Origin: Phaeosaccion multiseriatum
Taxonomy: Eukaryota; Protista; Ochrophyta, other classes
Direction: 5' to 3'
Assembly: GCA_965112735.1 (NCBI GenBank)
Contig: OZ218960.1
Coordinates: 434,001 to 498,000 of the forward strand
Length of the DNA: 64,000 bases
This document shows, piece by piece, positions 1 to 12,700 of the stretch. Position numbers and translations under genes: made by a program. How positions within the stretch are numbered: position 1 is the stretch's first letter; every line of letters begins with the position of its first letter. The notes under the pieces are model-generated. The model had not been told where the DNA came from, did no database searches, and saw only the letters and a list, made by a program, of their open reading frames with translations.

Positions 1-215
1 GGAAGGAAGGAAGGATGGGAGGAAGGAAGGAAGGGAGGAAGGAAGGAAGGAAGGAAGGGAGGAAGGGAGGAAGGGAGGAAGGAAGGAAGGAAGGATGGAA
101 GGAAGGAAGGAAGGAAGGAAGGAAGGAAGGAAGGAAGGAAGGAAGGAAGGAAGGAAGGAAGGAAGGAAGGAAGGAAGGAAGGAAGGGAGGAAGGAAGGAC
201 GGAAGGAAGGAAGGA
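1..215. repeat. (GGAA)n/(GGGA)n microsatellite in an intron of the LRR gene
   Basis: Direct reading; explains the spurious ORF 15..440. Confidence 0.9.
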
Positions 216-301
216 AGTGAAGGAAGTGAAGACCACTCTGCCCCTGCCCGTCGCAGTTGGGGGGGGGGGCGCAGCTCAATCCTTTCAGCCCCTTCACTCA
301 C

Positions 302-2358
302 CTCCACCCCTCCTTGTTCTCGCAGGTCGTTCCATCCTAGATTGAGTGTGCTCAATCTCTGGTTAATCGAGTTGGGCATAGTTGGGCATACATACATACA
401 CGGGTGTAGGGAGAGGGCTTTTGAGGCTTGTGTTGTGTAATGGAGAGTCCTCAATAGCGGTGGAGAAGGACTGTAACGACAAGGAGACAAGCCCTCCCAT
501 CCATTGCCATCCCTCCCTCTCTCTCCTCCTCCCCATTCGCCTCTTACTTCTTCTCTCCCCGATGCCTATCCTCACTCTAACCTTGTGAAATCTGCAAATG
601 TCTGCCATGGCCGAGCCCCCCTGGAGAGAGATGTGATTTCCGCTCAGATCCAGGGAGACAAGGCCCTGGGGGGGTGGTCGGGTTCCAGTTTGAGTTCCAG
701 TCTGTTGTGCTCTCAATGCTTGCACCCTCAGCCTGTCGCGCAGCCTCTCCGCAAAGGTGTTTCCTAATGTGTTGCTTGCGACGCACAAGTCTGCGATGGT
801 GCTGCAGGGAGGGAGGGAGGGAGGGAGGGAGGGAGGGAGGGAGGGAGGGAGGGAGGGAGGGAGGGAGGGAGGGAGGGAGGGAGGAGAAGTTCCACTTAGT
901 ATAGCCGTTGTGGAAGCACCGAGAGGGCCCCATCCCAACCTGACCCCACCCAACCTTACGTACGTGTTCATCCCCAGTAACTCTGCCAGCGGCTCGGCCG
1001 AGTGACTGGTGAGGAGGTTGTCCGACAGGTCCAGCTTGGTCACTTTGGAGTTGAGTTGCAAGGCGAGGCAGAGGTCTCGTGTGCCTGTGTCTCGGAGGTT
1101 TGCACTTTGGGTATTAAGGGGTAGTGGGGGGGGGGGAGGGGCAGACATAAGGGCCAGAATATGGGCAGGCATATGGGCAGGCGTTAGGGAAGACATGTGA
1201 GAAAGCAGGTAGCAGAACAGGCGGCAGGCATATGTGGAGGAGCAGGCCAGTAGAGGCATACGGGTAGGCAGACAGGAGTATGGGGAGGGCAGGAACATGG
1301 TCGGGCGTATGGGGCAGGCAGTGGGGAGACTCATTGGTGAGGGGCGAAGGGTTGTTGGATGAGGAGGGGGGGGCGACAAAGATGAGGATAACCCCCCCCA
1401 GCACCAGCCAGGGCCGCGTTGATGTTTTCGTATGCCTCTAACCTGCTCAGACTGAGTGTCGTGATGTATTGGTTTTCTCCGAGGCCTCTATTGGGCGATG
1501 ATGTGAACAAACCAACAGCAGCAGCAACAACGACAGGAGGAGGGGAGGGAGGAGGGGAGGAGGGGAGGAGGGGGGCTAAGGAGAGTCGAAGTAGAGAGGG
1601 ATGAGAAAACCAGAGACAGAGGGACAGAGACAGACAGGGAGAGAGAGGGGAGCCGGTCCCGTCTCCACCACATACACTCCACTATCTCTCTCTCTCTCTC
1701 TCTCGTAGCTGCAACTGAAGGCAAGATGCTACTCTGTCCACCGTCCCAACCAGAAGACACGGTCGGCCAATGCTACGCTCTCACTTGGCGAGGGCTCGGA
1801 AGTCCCTTGCGGAGAGGAGAGTGTTCCTGAGATGGAGCTGCGGGGACAGGAAGCTGCCCTGGATGTGCGAGCAGGGATGAATTCCCAGCTCCCTACACGC
1901 GGATAGATACTCGGAAATGCCTGTAGATGCGTGAGGGCAGACGCCCCGCGGTGCCACGTAGGGCGGTGACACCGTCTCCTGGTCGACAAGGGACGAATGG
2001 GGTGGCGGGTAGGATATGGGAGGGGAGGGGAGTCAAGAAGGTGGGAAGGAGTGGAGGAGGCGATAAAGAGCTTCGTGTGGCTGACCGGGGGGTGGAGAGC
2101 AATGGCTGCATGTCATTTTCACGTTGGCACTGCCTCCTCCACAGCTCGTTCCCCGGCCCACTCGCTCGCCCATTCAACAATGGAAGGATGTCTCTATGCA
2201 ATCAACCAATGCCCACTCACTTGCGAAATGAACTCCTCGTCGGAGAGGTCGCTCTCATCTCCTGCATTGTTTCCCCACCCGTGGAGGGCGTCGGCCTCGT
2301 CTCCATCTTCCCCGTATTCGGGCTCTGCTGGTCTACGGGGCTGGCGCAGTAGCTGCTC

Positions 2359-2397
<39 letters not shown>

Positions 2398-2406
2398 CTG
2401 CATCAT
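302..2406 (-). CDS. RNI-like leucine-rich repeat protein (LRRC74-like), multi-exon, 3' end runs off the window
   Basis: GT-AG exons ~2406-2221, 1978-1785, 1487-1444, ~1104-962, ~803-582, 358-302 splice in frame to ...KGLGENQYITTLSLSSANLRDTGTRDLCLALQLNSKVTKLDLSDN...LVSLDLSGNHISLQGG...LSTLNLGWNDLREQG. Confidence 0.8.
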
Positions 2407-2622
2407 GGAATCTTAGCATTGGCATGAGCTACAAACGCGAGGCTAAGAGAGAGGGGGAAGGGTTCAACGGGGGGGGGGGACACGATGGCGTTACGGTGGC
2501 AGCAGATGGCGATGGGCGATGGCACTGGATGGCGCGTGGGCCGATCGTGGCGGCAAATTTCCAAGCCCCTCTCTCTGCCAGTGGGGGGGCTGCTGCGAGA
2601 GGGGCGGCTCCATCCGATCACC
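2407..2622. promoter_or_regulatory. Putative bidirectional promoter (216 bp) between LRR gene and TEX10
   Basis: Divergent ATGs at 2406 (-) and 2623 (+). Confidence 0.55.
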
Positions 2623-4798
2623 ATGCCTAGGTCCAACTTCCTCCGCAAAAAGAATGCCAGTAATGTTGTGGGAGGGAAGGCGGGAGGGGACTTCAAGAGA
2701 CTGAAGGGCAAGGTGCGTGTGGTGATGATGTGATTGGGGGACTTCTTCGTGCGGGGAAGCGCAGGACATTGAACGGGAGGGAGTCTGTATCAAGATGTAT
2801 CGGTGTGAACGACACACTGCATCGGGTCTGGCGAATGGAGAGCACGAGCCGCGAGTGTCGGAGTCCTGAAGTGTCACACCGTGCCTGCCCCCCCTCCTCC
2901 TCTCCTCGCTCCCTCCCGTGCTGCAGGTGGGGAAGCGTGCTACTGAAAAAGCCAACCAGACCAATGTGAACTTCAAGAGTAAGCGCGTCAGGGTCACTGC
3001 ACAGGTATGCTGCCTAGCCGCCCCTGCCTCCTTCGCTCTCTCTTCCCCTCTCTCCGCCCCCCCTGTCTCTCGCTGTCCCCCTCTCCCTGTCTGTCTCTTT
3101 CTGCTATCCCTCTCTCCTCTCTATCTCTCTTTCACCCTCACCCTCACCCTCGCTCCCCCTCCCCATCGCAAACACCAAAAGAGCATCCTCACAGAGCACC
3201 GAGAGTCAGCCGTCCTCTCCTCCAAGGGCCAGAGTGTGAGTGAGCTCCTCACCATGCTGCACCACTACAATGCGAGCGTCAAACGCGAAGCCCTCCTTGG
3301 ACTCAAGAGCATCGCAGAGCGACACCCTCGCTTCGCCAGATCCAACTTCTCCTCCATCTCAGAGCCAACGTTAGAGGTGTTGGTCACAACGGACGCCGGG
3401 GCTAGAGCGGCCTTTCTCGGGTGAGTGAGGAGGGCGTACATACACACATGCAGGCACGCTCAGATTGGCAAGGCGTAACCCCCCCCCACTATGTGTCTCG
3501 CTGCTCCTCCCCCTCCTCCCCCTCCTAACCCTTCTCCTCCTGCTGCTCCTCCTCCTCCTCCTGCTCCTCCTCCTCCTCCTCCTCCTCCTCCTCCTGCTCC
3601 TCCTCCTCCTCCTCCTCCTCCTCCTCCCCCCTCACAGCCTGCAGGATGAGCTCCTGTTCTCCAAAAGCGTGATCATAGGCCCCTCGGCCATGGCCCCCTT
3701 TGCGGATCTCTACCTTGCCTACGTGGTCAGTGGCCTGACCTCTCTCCACAGGAGTGTGAGGCTGGACGGTCTGCAGCTGCTGGGCAGGTACGTCCGTACA
3801 TCCATCCTGTTGTTGAGGTGCTTCCCCCGTCTTTGCCTTCCCTTCACGCCTCGTGCCCCGCCCCTTCTCCTCCTCTCCTAATCAAGATGATGACGTAACT
3901 CCTAATCAAGATGATGACGTAACTTCCCCTCCTCTCCTAATCAAGATGATGACGTAACTTCCCCTCCTCTCCTAATCAAGATGATGACGTAACTTCCCCT
4001 CCTCTCCTAATCAAGATGATGACGTAACTTCCCCTCCTCTTCCCCCCCCACCCCACCCCCACCCCCACCCTCAGGCTGCTGGACACATTCCCCAGCCTGT
4101 TTTGCAGGATGTCTGCCACCCACCGTCTCCTGCCCAACTTCGCGGCTCTACTTGCCATAGACCCAACCGCCAAACGCTCCCAAACAAAGAAGTTCAGAGA
4201 GGCGGCTCTGCGTTGTCTACTCCTCTTGGTGCGAGGGGTGGACGCCCTCAGCAACGGTGGAGGGGGAGAGGGTGGAGCAGGAGGAGGAGGAGGTGGAGGC
4301 AGGGGGGGCAAGGCCAGTGGTGGTGGTGGTGGCGGTGGTACCACTGCTATTACTCCTGGTGCTGGTGCTGGTGCTGGTGCTGTATCACCAACTGCTGGTG
4401 CTGGTGCATTTAGTGCTGGAGGTGCTGAGGGAAGTGCGAGCAAGGGCGTGGGAGGGGCGGTGGTGGTAAGGGGGTTGGACAGCCCAATTGTCCTGTGCAG
4501 AGGAGGGCATCACGCCTCGGGGGCGGAGTTGGTTATGGGGGCAGCAGGGGGGGGGGATATGCTCGCCATTCGAGAGAGGGAAGAGGCCACGCTGCTGGTG
4601 GTGGAGCTGGACTCGGTCCTTGTAGCCCTCAAGAAGGTTTGGTCGGAGGCCACCTCCTCCGCCCTCATTCGTCAGGATCAGCAGTTGGTGGTGCAGCAGC
4701 AGCAACAGCAACAGCAGCAGCCGTCGCCGCACAAGAAGCAGCAGCAGGTGTTGGGCCAGGACGACCAGCGAAAGGCGCCCCAGCAGGCTCAAGCCGCA

Positions 4799-4829
<31 letters not shown>

Positions 4830-6180
4830 AAGAGGTGGGCGACATCATTGAGATGAAGCAAGTGATGGAGGTAATGACCACTATCGTCAAGAGCCATGCG
4901 TATCGCAGGCACCATCACCACAGCCCGAGCTCGGTAGCAGCAGCAGCAGCAGCAGCAGGAGGAGGAGGAGGAGGAGGAGGAGAAGAAGAAGAAGAAGCAC
5001 AGGGGGTGGCGAGCGACGGGGTGATGGCAATGTGGACACGACTAGGAGGAACAGGGGCAGGAGGAGGAGGAGGAGGAGGAGGTGGAGGAGGAGGAGGTGG
5101 AGGAGGGGGCGGACGGCCAGACTTCCTCTCGGAGCTGATGGAGAGCTTTCCCTTTCGCTCGCAGGAGGGCAACGAGCTGGGCCGAGGGCAGGCGGTGCTG
5201 CGACAGAGAGTGCGTGAGCTAAACCTTGGCGTGTGCGAGCTTGTGCTGGCTCTTAGAGACGTGGGGGTGGGGGCGTCGCTCTCTCCGGTACGTACGGCTT
5301 GGGAGGGGGGGGGAGGGAGGGAGGGAGGGAGGGAGGGGGGGAGGGGGGGAGATGGAGAGGGGAGGAAGGGAGGGGGAGAGAGAGGGAGGAGAGGAAGGAA
5401 GGGGGGGGGAGGAGGGAGGGAGAGAGGGAGGAAGGGGGGGGGGGAGGGAGGGAGAGAGGGAGGGGGGGGAGGAGGGAGGAAGGGACGGAGGGAGGGAGGG
5501 GGGGATGGAGGAAGGGAGGGTGGGAGGGAGGGGGGCAAAGGACTTACCACACACCTACTTATGGCGTTGCGTGGCATGACAATGGACTTGACGTCCAATC
5601 GCCAATCGTGAATGTGTGGCTGTGCGTAGGTGCCTGTTTTGCTTTGCCCATATGCCTCTGCTCTGCCCTGGCTCATACCCCTCTACCCCCCCCGATCCCC
5701 CCGTCTGTGACCCTTCTTTCTTCTTCTCTCCATTCCACCCCATTTAGGTTATGCGCTACCTGCGTTCCTTGATGACCAATCTTGCGCCTTCTTCCCCTTC
5801 TGGCGCCAAAGAACGGTGCGGAGAACGGTCCGCAGAAAAGTCCGCAGAACAGTCCGCAGGGCGTCGTTCGTCTCTACCCAAGATGGCGACAGGCCCGAGC
5901 CAAAAGAAGAGGAAAAGGGTTGGGCAGGGAGGGGCCATGGCGGAGCAGGAGCAGGAGCAGGAGGATGAGGAGCAGGAGGGGGGGGAGGCGGACGAGGAAA
6001 GAGAAGAGGAAGAAGAAGGTGGAATCCCTCGGGGAGAAATGTTGCCCACTCTCAGCCAAACGCTACGCATCCTCAAGGCTGTCATCATGAGCCCTTCCTC
6101 TTCCTCTTCCTCTTCCTCTTCGAACGGGCGTCATGGAAACGAGGGTGCTGGTGCTGTCTCTCAAAATGGCAGTCATATGG

Positions 6181-6211
<31 letters not shown>

Positions 6212-6653
6212 CAGTCATAAGAAGCATATAGCTCTACTGCGTCAGCAGAATCAGCTCTTGGAGGCATTTGATGACCTGTTTGAGGAGTTGCTCGACAAGC
6301 AGAAGCAGCAGCAGCAGCACCACCACCACCAGAAGGGCAGGAAGAGAAGGCGGCACAGTGCGCCTGCTCGCTCGAGCACCCCCGATGGTGGTGATGGAGA
6401 GCGGGGTGTCAGTAGCAAGGACGACAGAGGAGGAGGAGGTGGTGGTGATGGAAGGGGCATTCAGGAGGACGAAGCGATTGCGGCATGTGGCATGTGCGTG
6501 CAGTTTACGTGTCACATCATCGACCGCTTCCTGCATAAGATGCATCCCTGCTCTGCCTCTTCGATCGCGTCGACGATGGGTACGCAGCAGCAGGGTGGCA
6601 GCACTGCTAGTAAAGGTAGCAGCACTAGCAGCGCTGGCAACAAGAGTGGCAGT

Positions 6654-6691
<38 letters not shown>

Positions 6692-9005
6692 CAGTAAGAG
6701 CAAGAAGAAGCGAGCGCAAGGAGAAGGAGGCACGTCACCAACCGTACCCCCTGCAGCGTCATCCACAGCAGCAGTTGCTGAAGCCGACTCCCTCGTGTCT
6801 TCGTCCGTTGCGACGATGATGGGTCGGTGGCTCGGCCTCTTCCCCTCTCTGCTTGCGCAATGGGGAGGGACGAAGCCCTACATGTCCAGACTTGTACTCG
6901 CGCAGCTGCTCGCGGTTACCACACGCAGCAGTAGTGGGAGTAGTAGCAGTGACGCTTTGCAGCAGAATGGAGGGGCAGAGGGGCGGCAGGGGCGAGGGAA
7001 GAAGCTGAACACAGCAAAGAACGGTCAGCAGCAGCAGCAGCAGCAGCAGTTGGTGATACAGCAGCATGAGGTGATGCAGGCCATGTGTGCGGAGGTGACC
7101 ACGGCCTTACCACCGGCTCTCGTGAGTCTCTTCTCGCCACATGCAGCGGTTGGTGATACAGCAGCAGCAGTTGGGGATACACAGAGTATTCCCTTCCTGC
7201 AACTGCCCCTAGAGCTACAGAAGGACGCATTGGCTTTGGTGTTTCACCTTCCATCATTTGGCGACGACTTACTCCAAGCCTTAACGAACACATTACTCGC
7301 AGTGGACCCGGGCTCGACGAGTAAGTTTGAGGTTGGCATGTGTCTGAAAGGGGCTTTTTCTGAAACCTCCTCTATCCGTCTCACCTTCAGCGAGGGATGT
7401 GAATTTTTACAGTCCGTCTCCCTCCCCTCACTCACTCCCTCACCTACTCACTTACTCCCTCACTCCTCACCCATTCATTCAGGCCAAATTCGATCCCTCC
7501 TGCTGGAGATCCTGCACCACAAACGCTTGCTCCTCTCCCCCAGTGCTTACCTCAGTGTGCTGGTGGAGCTACTGCAAGGCGGAGGGGAGGGGGAGGGGGA
7601 GGTGGAGGAGGAGGACCCGCCTGAAGGAGGCTGGGAGGGGCAAGAGGGGGGGCGGGCCGAAGCTGCTGACGTAAGAGGAGGAGGACGAGGAGGAGGAGGA
7701 GGAGGAAGAGGAGGAAGAGGAGGAGGAGGAGAAGGAGGAGGAAGAGGAGGAGGAGGAGGAGGAGGAGGAGGAGGAGGAGGAGGAGGCTGGGAAGGCGTGT
7801 TGTGCGAGCGAGATGGAGTGACGCTCGACGTGTGCAAGTCGCTGCAGCTCCTGGGGAGAAAGGTTCTCCGCCCTCTATGCCCCGTGCTTCTCAGTCTCCT
7901 TGGGGGGCCATTGGCCGAGGTCCCGCCCGCATCATCATCATCCCGCGATGGTGCTCCGAGAGAGACAACAACTGGCGAAAAGGAAGAGGGGGAGGAGAAC
8001 GGGGAAGAGGAGGAGGACGAGGAGGAGGAAGCGCGTCGGATGCGAGACGGCCGTGTGGCCATGTCTTGTCTCGTTGCCCTCCACCGCTCCTCCGCGGGAG
8101 AGAATCCTGCTGGTGTATCACCAACTGCTGCGCTTCCGGTCGACATCAGTGAAGCCCTGATTGGCACTGTCGTGTCTTCGCTCGGCTTTTTGGGGAGGCG
8201 ACTCGGTCTTTGCGGTGGCGACATCGGAGGAGGGGAAACGAGAGGAGTAGGAAGAGGAGGGATCTCGTCGAAACTGTCAATAGGAGGCGAGATGGCAACA
8301 GACGAGAGGGAGGGTGATGACGAGGAGCAGAGGGAGGGGATGGGGGCAGAGAGAGTAGTAGGGCAGGGGCAGGGGGGGAGACAGCGGCGCTTGTATGCTC
8401 TACAAGAAGACCTCCTGCGGCCCGTCCTTGACACGCTGAGAGTCTTCGGAGCCTCTGGCATGACTAGCAGCAGCAACAGGAGCAGCAAGAAGGGGGGAAG
8501 AGGAAGAGGAGGAGGAGGAGGAGGAGGAGGAGGAGGAGGAGGAGGAGGAGCCGGAGGAGGAGGAGGAGGAGGAGGAGGAGGAGGAGGAGGAGGAGGAGGA
8601 GGAGGAGGAGCAGGAGGGTGTGGGGTGGGTGGGCTGAGAGGCGCTGTGCTGCTCCGAGTAGAGAGTGTGGTCAAGGCGGCATGTGCGGCGGAGCGGCCCA
8701 GAGACGCGGAGGGACTGCTTCTCGCGCTTCTGTGGCTGCTTCAGCGGAGGGATGGCTACGCTCTTCTCGTTGGGGAAGGAGCTAGTGATACACCAATTGG
8801 TGATACAGAGGCCAGGGGCGGGGCCTGCCTGATGCCCCTGCTGCGGCTGGCGGAGGAGGTACGCACAGCACTGGAGGAGGCAGGGGGGGGCAGCATGAGG
8901 GCGGTGGGCTTGCGAATAGCGGCGAGGGTGGAGCTGCTGACCAAGACGAAGCTGCCGTACAAGGGGAAGGGGGAGGGGCGAGAGAGAGCAGAGCTAGAGA
9001 GGTAG
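2623..9005 (+). CDS. TEX10: TEX10/Ipi1 (Rix1 complex pre-rRNA processing protein), multi-exon, with long poly-G/Q/S insertions
   Basis: N-terminus DFKRLKGKVGKR..ANQTNVNFKSKRV and Ipi1_N motif LLTMLHHYNASVKREALLGL; YVVSGLTSLHRSVRLDGLQLL; stop at 9005. Confidence 0.85.
3877..4040. repeat. Intronic tandem repeat CCTAATCAAGATGATGACGTAACTT(CCCCTCCTCT), about 5 copies
   Basis: Direct reading. Confidence 0.85.
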
Positions 9006-9228
9006 AGTAGGAGTGCGCTGGTGTGCCGTCATGGTGGTGGTGGTGGTGTGGGGTAGTCAGACGAGGAGGAGGTGGAGGAGGAGGGGGCAGGAGCAGGAGG
9101 ACCGGCAGGAGGAGGAGCAGCAGCACGCCAGAAGGTTGATGCTGAAACCATTTTTAATTCGATATACTTCTCCCTTCCTTCTCTTAAATTGTTATTGTTC
9201 TCCCCTCCCCCGCCCCGCCCATCATCAC

Positions 9229-9273
<45 letters not shown>

Positions 9274-9436
9274 TATGGTGATGGAGTGGTGTGCCGAAGG
9301 AGAGGATGGCGATGGTGGTAGAGGGGGAAGGTGTGTGTGTGTGTGTGTGAGTGACACATGTGTGAGTGCGTCGATGCTGCTCTGCCTGCCTATCGACTCC
9401 GGCTCGTTCACGCATACACTCACGCCTCGTACGCGC

Positions 9437-9730
9437 GCCTCCTCACTGTATCACTGCCTCACTACCTCACTGCCTCACTGTATCACTGCCTCACTGCTTC
9501 ACTGCCTCACTGTATCACCGCCTCACTGCCTCACTGTATCACTGCCTCACTGCCTCACTGCTTCACTGCCTCACTATCTCACTGCCTCGCTGCCTCACTG
9601 CCTCACTGCCTCACTGCTTCACTGCCTCACTGTATCACTGCCTCACTGCCTCACTGCTTCACTGCCTCACTTCCTCACTGCCTCACTGCCTCACTACCTC
9701 ACTGCCTCACTGCCTCACTGCCTCACTGCG
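9437..9730. repeat. (CACTGCCT)n 8-bp tandem repeat with CACTGTAT/CACTGCTT variants between convergent 3' ends
   Basis: Direct reading; source of three overlapping spurious ORFs. Confidence 0.9.
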
Positions 9731-12700
9731 GTTGCAACACATTAACACATTCTCCTACGACGATGATAACGGACCCTCGAGCTACTGCTGCCCCCACCCC
9801 CCCTTCAGGCTCTCCCTCCTCCTCCTCCTCCTGCTGCTGCTGCTGCTCCTGCTGCTGAATCACCAACTGCTGCAGTCGGCTGAGGCGGTGCGATAGCATA
9901 TCGAGCACCACTTCCGGCCCGTCTCGGACAGTGCAGCGAAGACATTCCACCACGGAGTCCTCCTCCTCCCATCCACTGCCATCCTCCTTCGTGCAAGTGC
10001 TACTAATGCTGTTGCTACTACTGCTGCTACTGCTGCTACTGCTCCTGTCCCATACAGTACTGCTGCTCTGGGTCTGTGCCTCCACAGGAGCCGTTAACAC
10101 CGCTACAGGGCAGGACAGCGGCCAGCCCGAGAGGCGAAGCTGCTCAAACAGACCCCCTACAGCTGACTGAACCACGGAAGGATAAGAAGGAGAAGAAGGA
10201 GGAGTGGGAGGAGGAGGGGAGGAAGAGGACGAGGAGGATGGCAGTGGATGGGAGGATGGCACCCTTTGACCGCCCAGCAGGGAAGTCACGTCGGTGGAAA
10301 TGACCAAAGTAGTGAGGGGCTCGTGCCGAGGCGGTCGGCCGGGCAAGGGCAGTGGATAGGAGGAGGAGGAGGAGGAGGAGGAGGAGGATGGCAGTGGATG
10401 GGAGGAGGTGGAGCCGGAAGTGGTGGTGACGAACGTGACCACTCGGTCAGCGACGTTACGAAACGTCAGGGGAATGCCCGCCAACACCGGCCACGCGAAG
10501 ATGGGAGACAGACCTGCAGCGGAGAGAGATGAGGAGGAGAGAAGAGAGAGGAGGACGAGAGAAGAGAAAGAGAAGGAGGAGGAGGAGGAGGAGGAGGAGG
10601 AGAGAAGACAGAGACGGAGAGTGAAGAGAGACAGAGAGAGGGGGTGTAGAGAGAGAGGTGTGTGTACGTGTGTCTGCGTGTGTTGTGTCTGTGTGTATGT
10701 GCGTGTATGTGTGTGCATGTCTACCCGTCTTACGTACTGTGTGCATGTGCCTATGTATGTAAGTGTACGTGTGTGTACCCCCCCCCCCCCGCTCCCCCCC
10801 TCCGCATCCACTGCCATCCCCCCTTTACCTGGCAGCACCAGTGGATCCACTCCATAGCCTCTGTACTCGAGCATCTCCTGAAGACACCCCCCGGGGCAAC
10901 CCTCCCCATCCACTGCCATCCCGCCGTCCATGAACGGATCCCCCCAAAAGGCCCTAGCCACCCTCTGCCCTCCCACCACGCCTCGCCGCACCGCTGCTTG
11001 TGCCTGGGCCGGGGACCTCACGACCTCCACTCTCCTCCTCCTCAGGCCCCCCCGGGGTGGAGAAGCACCTGCTGCTGTATCACCAACAGCTACCCCTTCT
11101 TGCCTTTTGTCTTTGCGGCTCTCGTTAAGGTCAAGCGCGGCCCTCACCATGCCCGCACTGCACGGGGGGATGGCAGTGGATGGGGGGGAGGGAGACAGGC
11201 CGTTGTTTTGAAGGGGTGGGTCATGGGTGAGTGTGTGGGTGCGTGCGTGGGTGCGTGCGTGGGTGAAAGTGAATGAAATGGGATTGAGGCCTATCCAGTG
11301 CCATCTGTGCCATGTATGGACTATACACCCTTACGTAACTAACGCACCTTGTCTCTTCCACGACGATGACGTCAGCGGCCTCCAACAGTGCCAAGCATTG
11401 CTCCGTCATAAAGTTGGGTCCCTGGCACCCTAACCCCACCATTGCAAGCCGAGGGCCCTTGTCTGCGCCACCCCCCAACCGGAACAGCTCCACGTCTTCC
11501 CCCCCTGGGTAGAGGACTTCCCCCCGGGGCGCCAACCCCCCCCCAGGGGCCTCATACACGGCCCCTGCCAGCCAAGCGGTACAATGATGCAGCAGTTGGT
11601 GATACAGCTTTAGAATCCTTGTTGTTTGTATTGCATGTGGCACTAGCCAAGGAAGGAAAGAGGAAGATGACTTCCAAGAAGGCACGACGAGATCGAGTAC
11701 GTAAGATTATGTAAGACGACGTAAGTACCTTCCCAGGTGCCCCCGTGCCAGCCTCTCACGGCCTTGCCCACCACGAACACAGCGGGGGGGACGATGTCGT
11801 GCTCTTCAGCCAAGTCAGCAATCGTGGACAGGCTTTAGGGAGGGAGGGAGGGAGTGAGTGAGGGAGTGAGCGAGTGAGTGAGTGAGTGAGTGAGTGAGTG
11901 AGTAGTGAGGGAGTGAGTGAGTGAGTGAGTGAGTGAGTGAGTGAGTGAGTGAGTGAGGGAGTGAGGGAGTGAGGGAGGGAGGGAGGGAGTGAGTGAGTGA
12001 GTGAGTGAGTGAGTGAGTGAGTGAGTGAGTGAGTGAGTGAGTGAGTGAGTGAGTGAGTGAGTGAGGGAGTGAGTGAGTGAGGGAGTGAGGTCAAGGTGGG
12101 TGGGTGGGTAGATGGGGTGGCAGGGTGGGGCGGGTGGGGGAGGAGGGGAGTGAGTGAGTGAGTGAGTGAGTAGGTGAGGGAGGGAGGGAGGGAGGGAGGG
12201 AGGGGAGAGAGGGAGCAAGGGAGGGAGAAAATGATGGAGTCAATGAGTGAGAGTGAGTGAGTGAGTGAGTGAGTGAGTGAGTGAGTGAGTGAGTGAGTGG
12301 GTGGGTGGGTGGGTAGCAGAACGAATCTTGGCTCAATAGGACAAGGTCTAACACGCTGAGACTGGAGATGCTCACCTTCCGATGACAGTGTGCTGGTCCG
12401 GCGTGGATGCCTTCTGAACGATGGCGCACCACTCGTCTGGCCACCCCGCCCCCCCCTCTCCTCCCTCCTCTCCTCCCTCCTCTCCCTCCCCCATGAGCCC
12501 CCGACACAGCTGTCTTAGTCTACCCGTGGCCATAAGGAAGACAAGGGTGGTCTGCCCTCCCCCTCCCCCCGTCCACCTCCCCCTCCCCACACCTTCCTCT
12601 TCCTCATCTTCACAATCATAAGGCGTCAGTAGAGGCAAACTTCCCTTGGTGCCAAAGCCCGTGGAAAGCACAACAGTTCCCCAGTGTCCTGCCCTTCCCC

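Noticed and set aside
11756-12310. SLTH/SLPP-repeat ORFs (also at ~18.1, 25.5, 31.1 and 39.2 kb)
   Set aside because: Translations of intronic (GAGT)n/(GGGA)n microsatellites.
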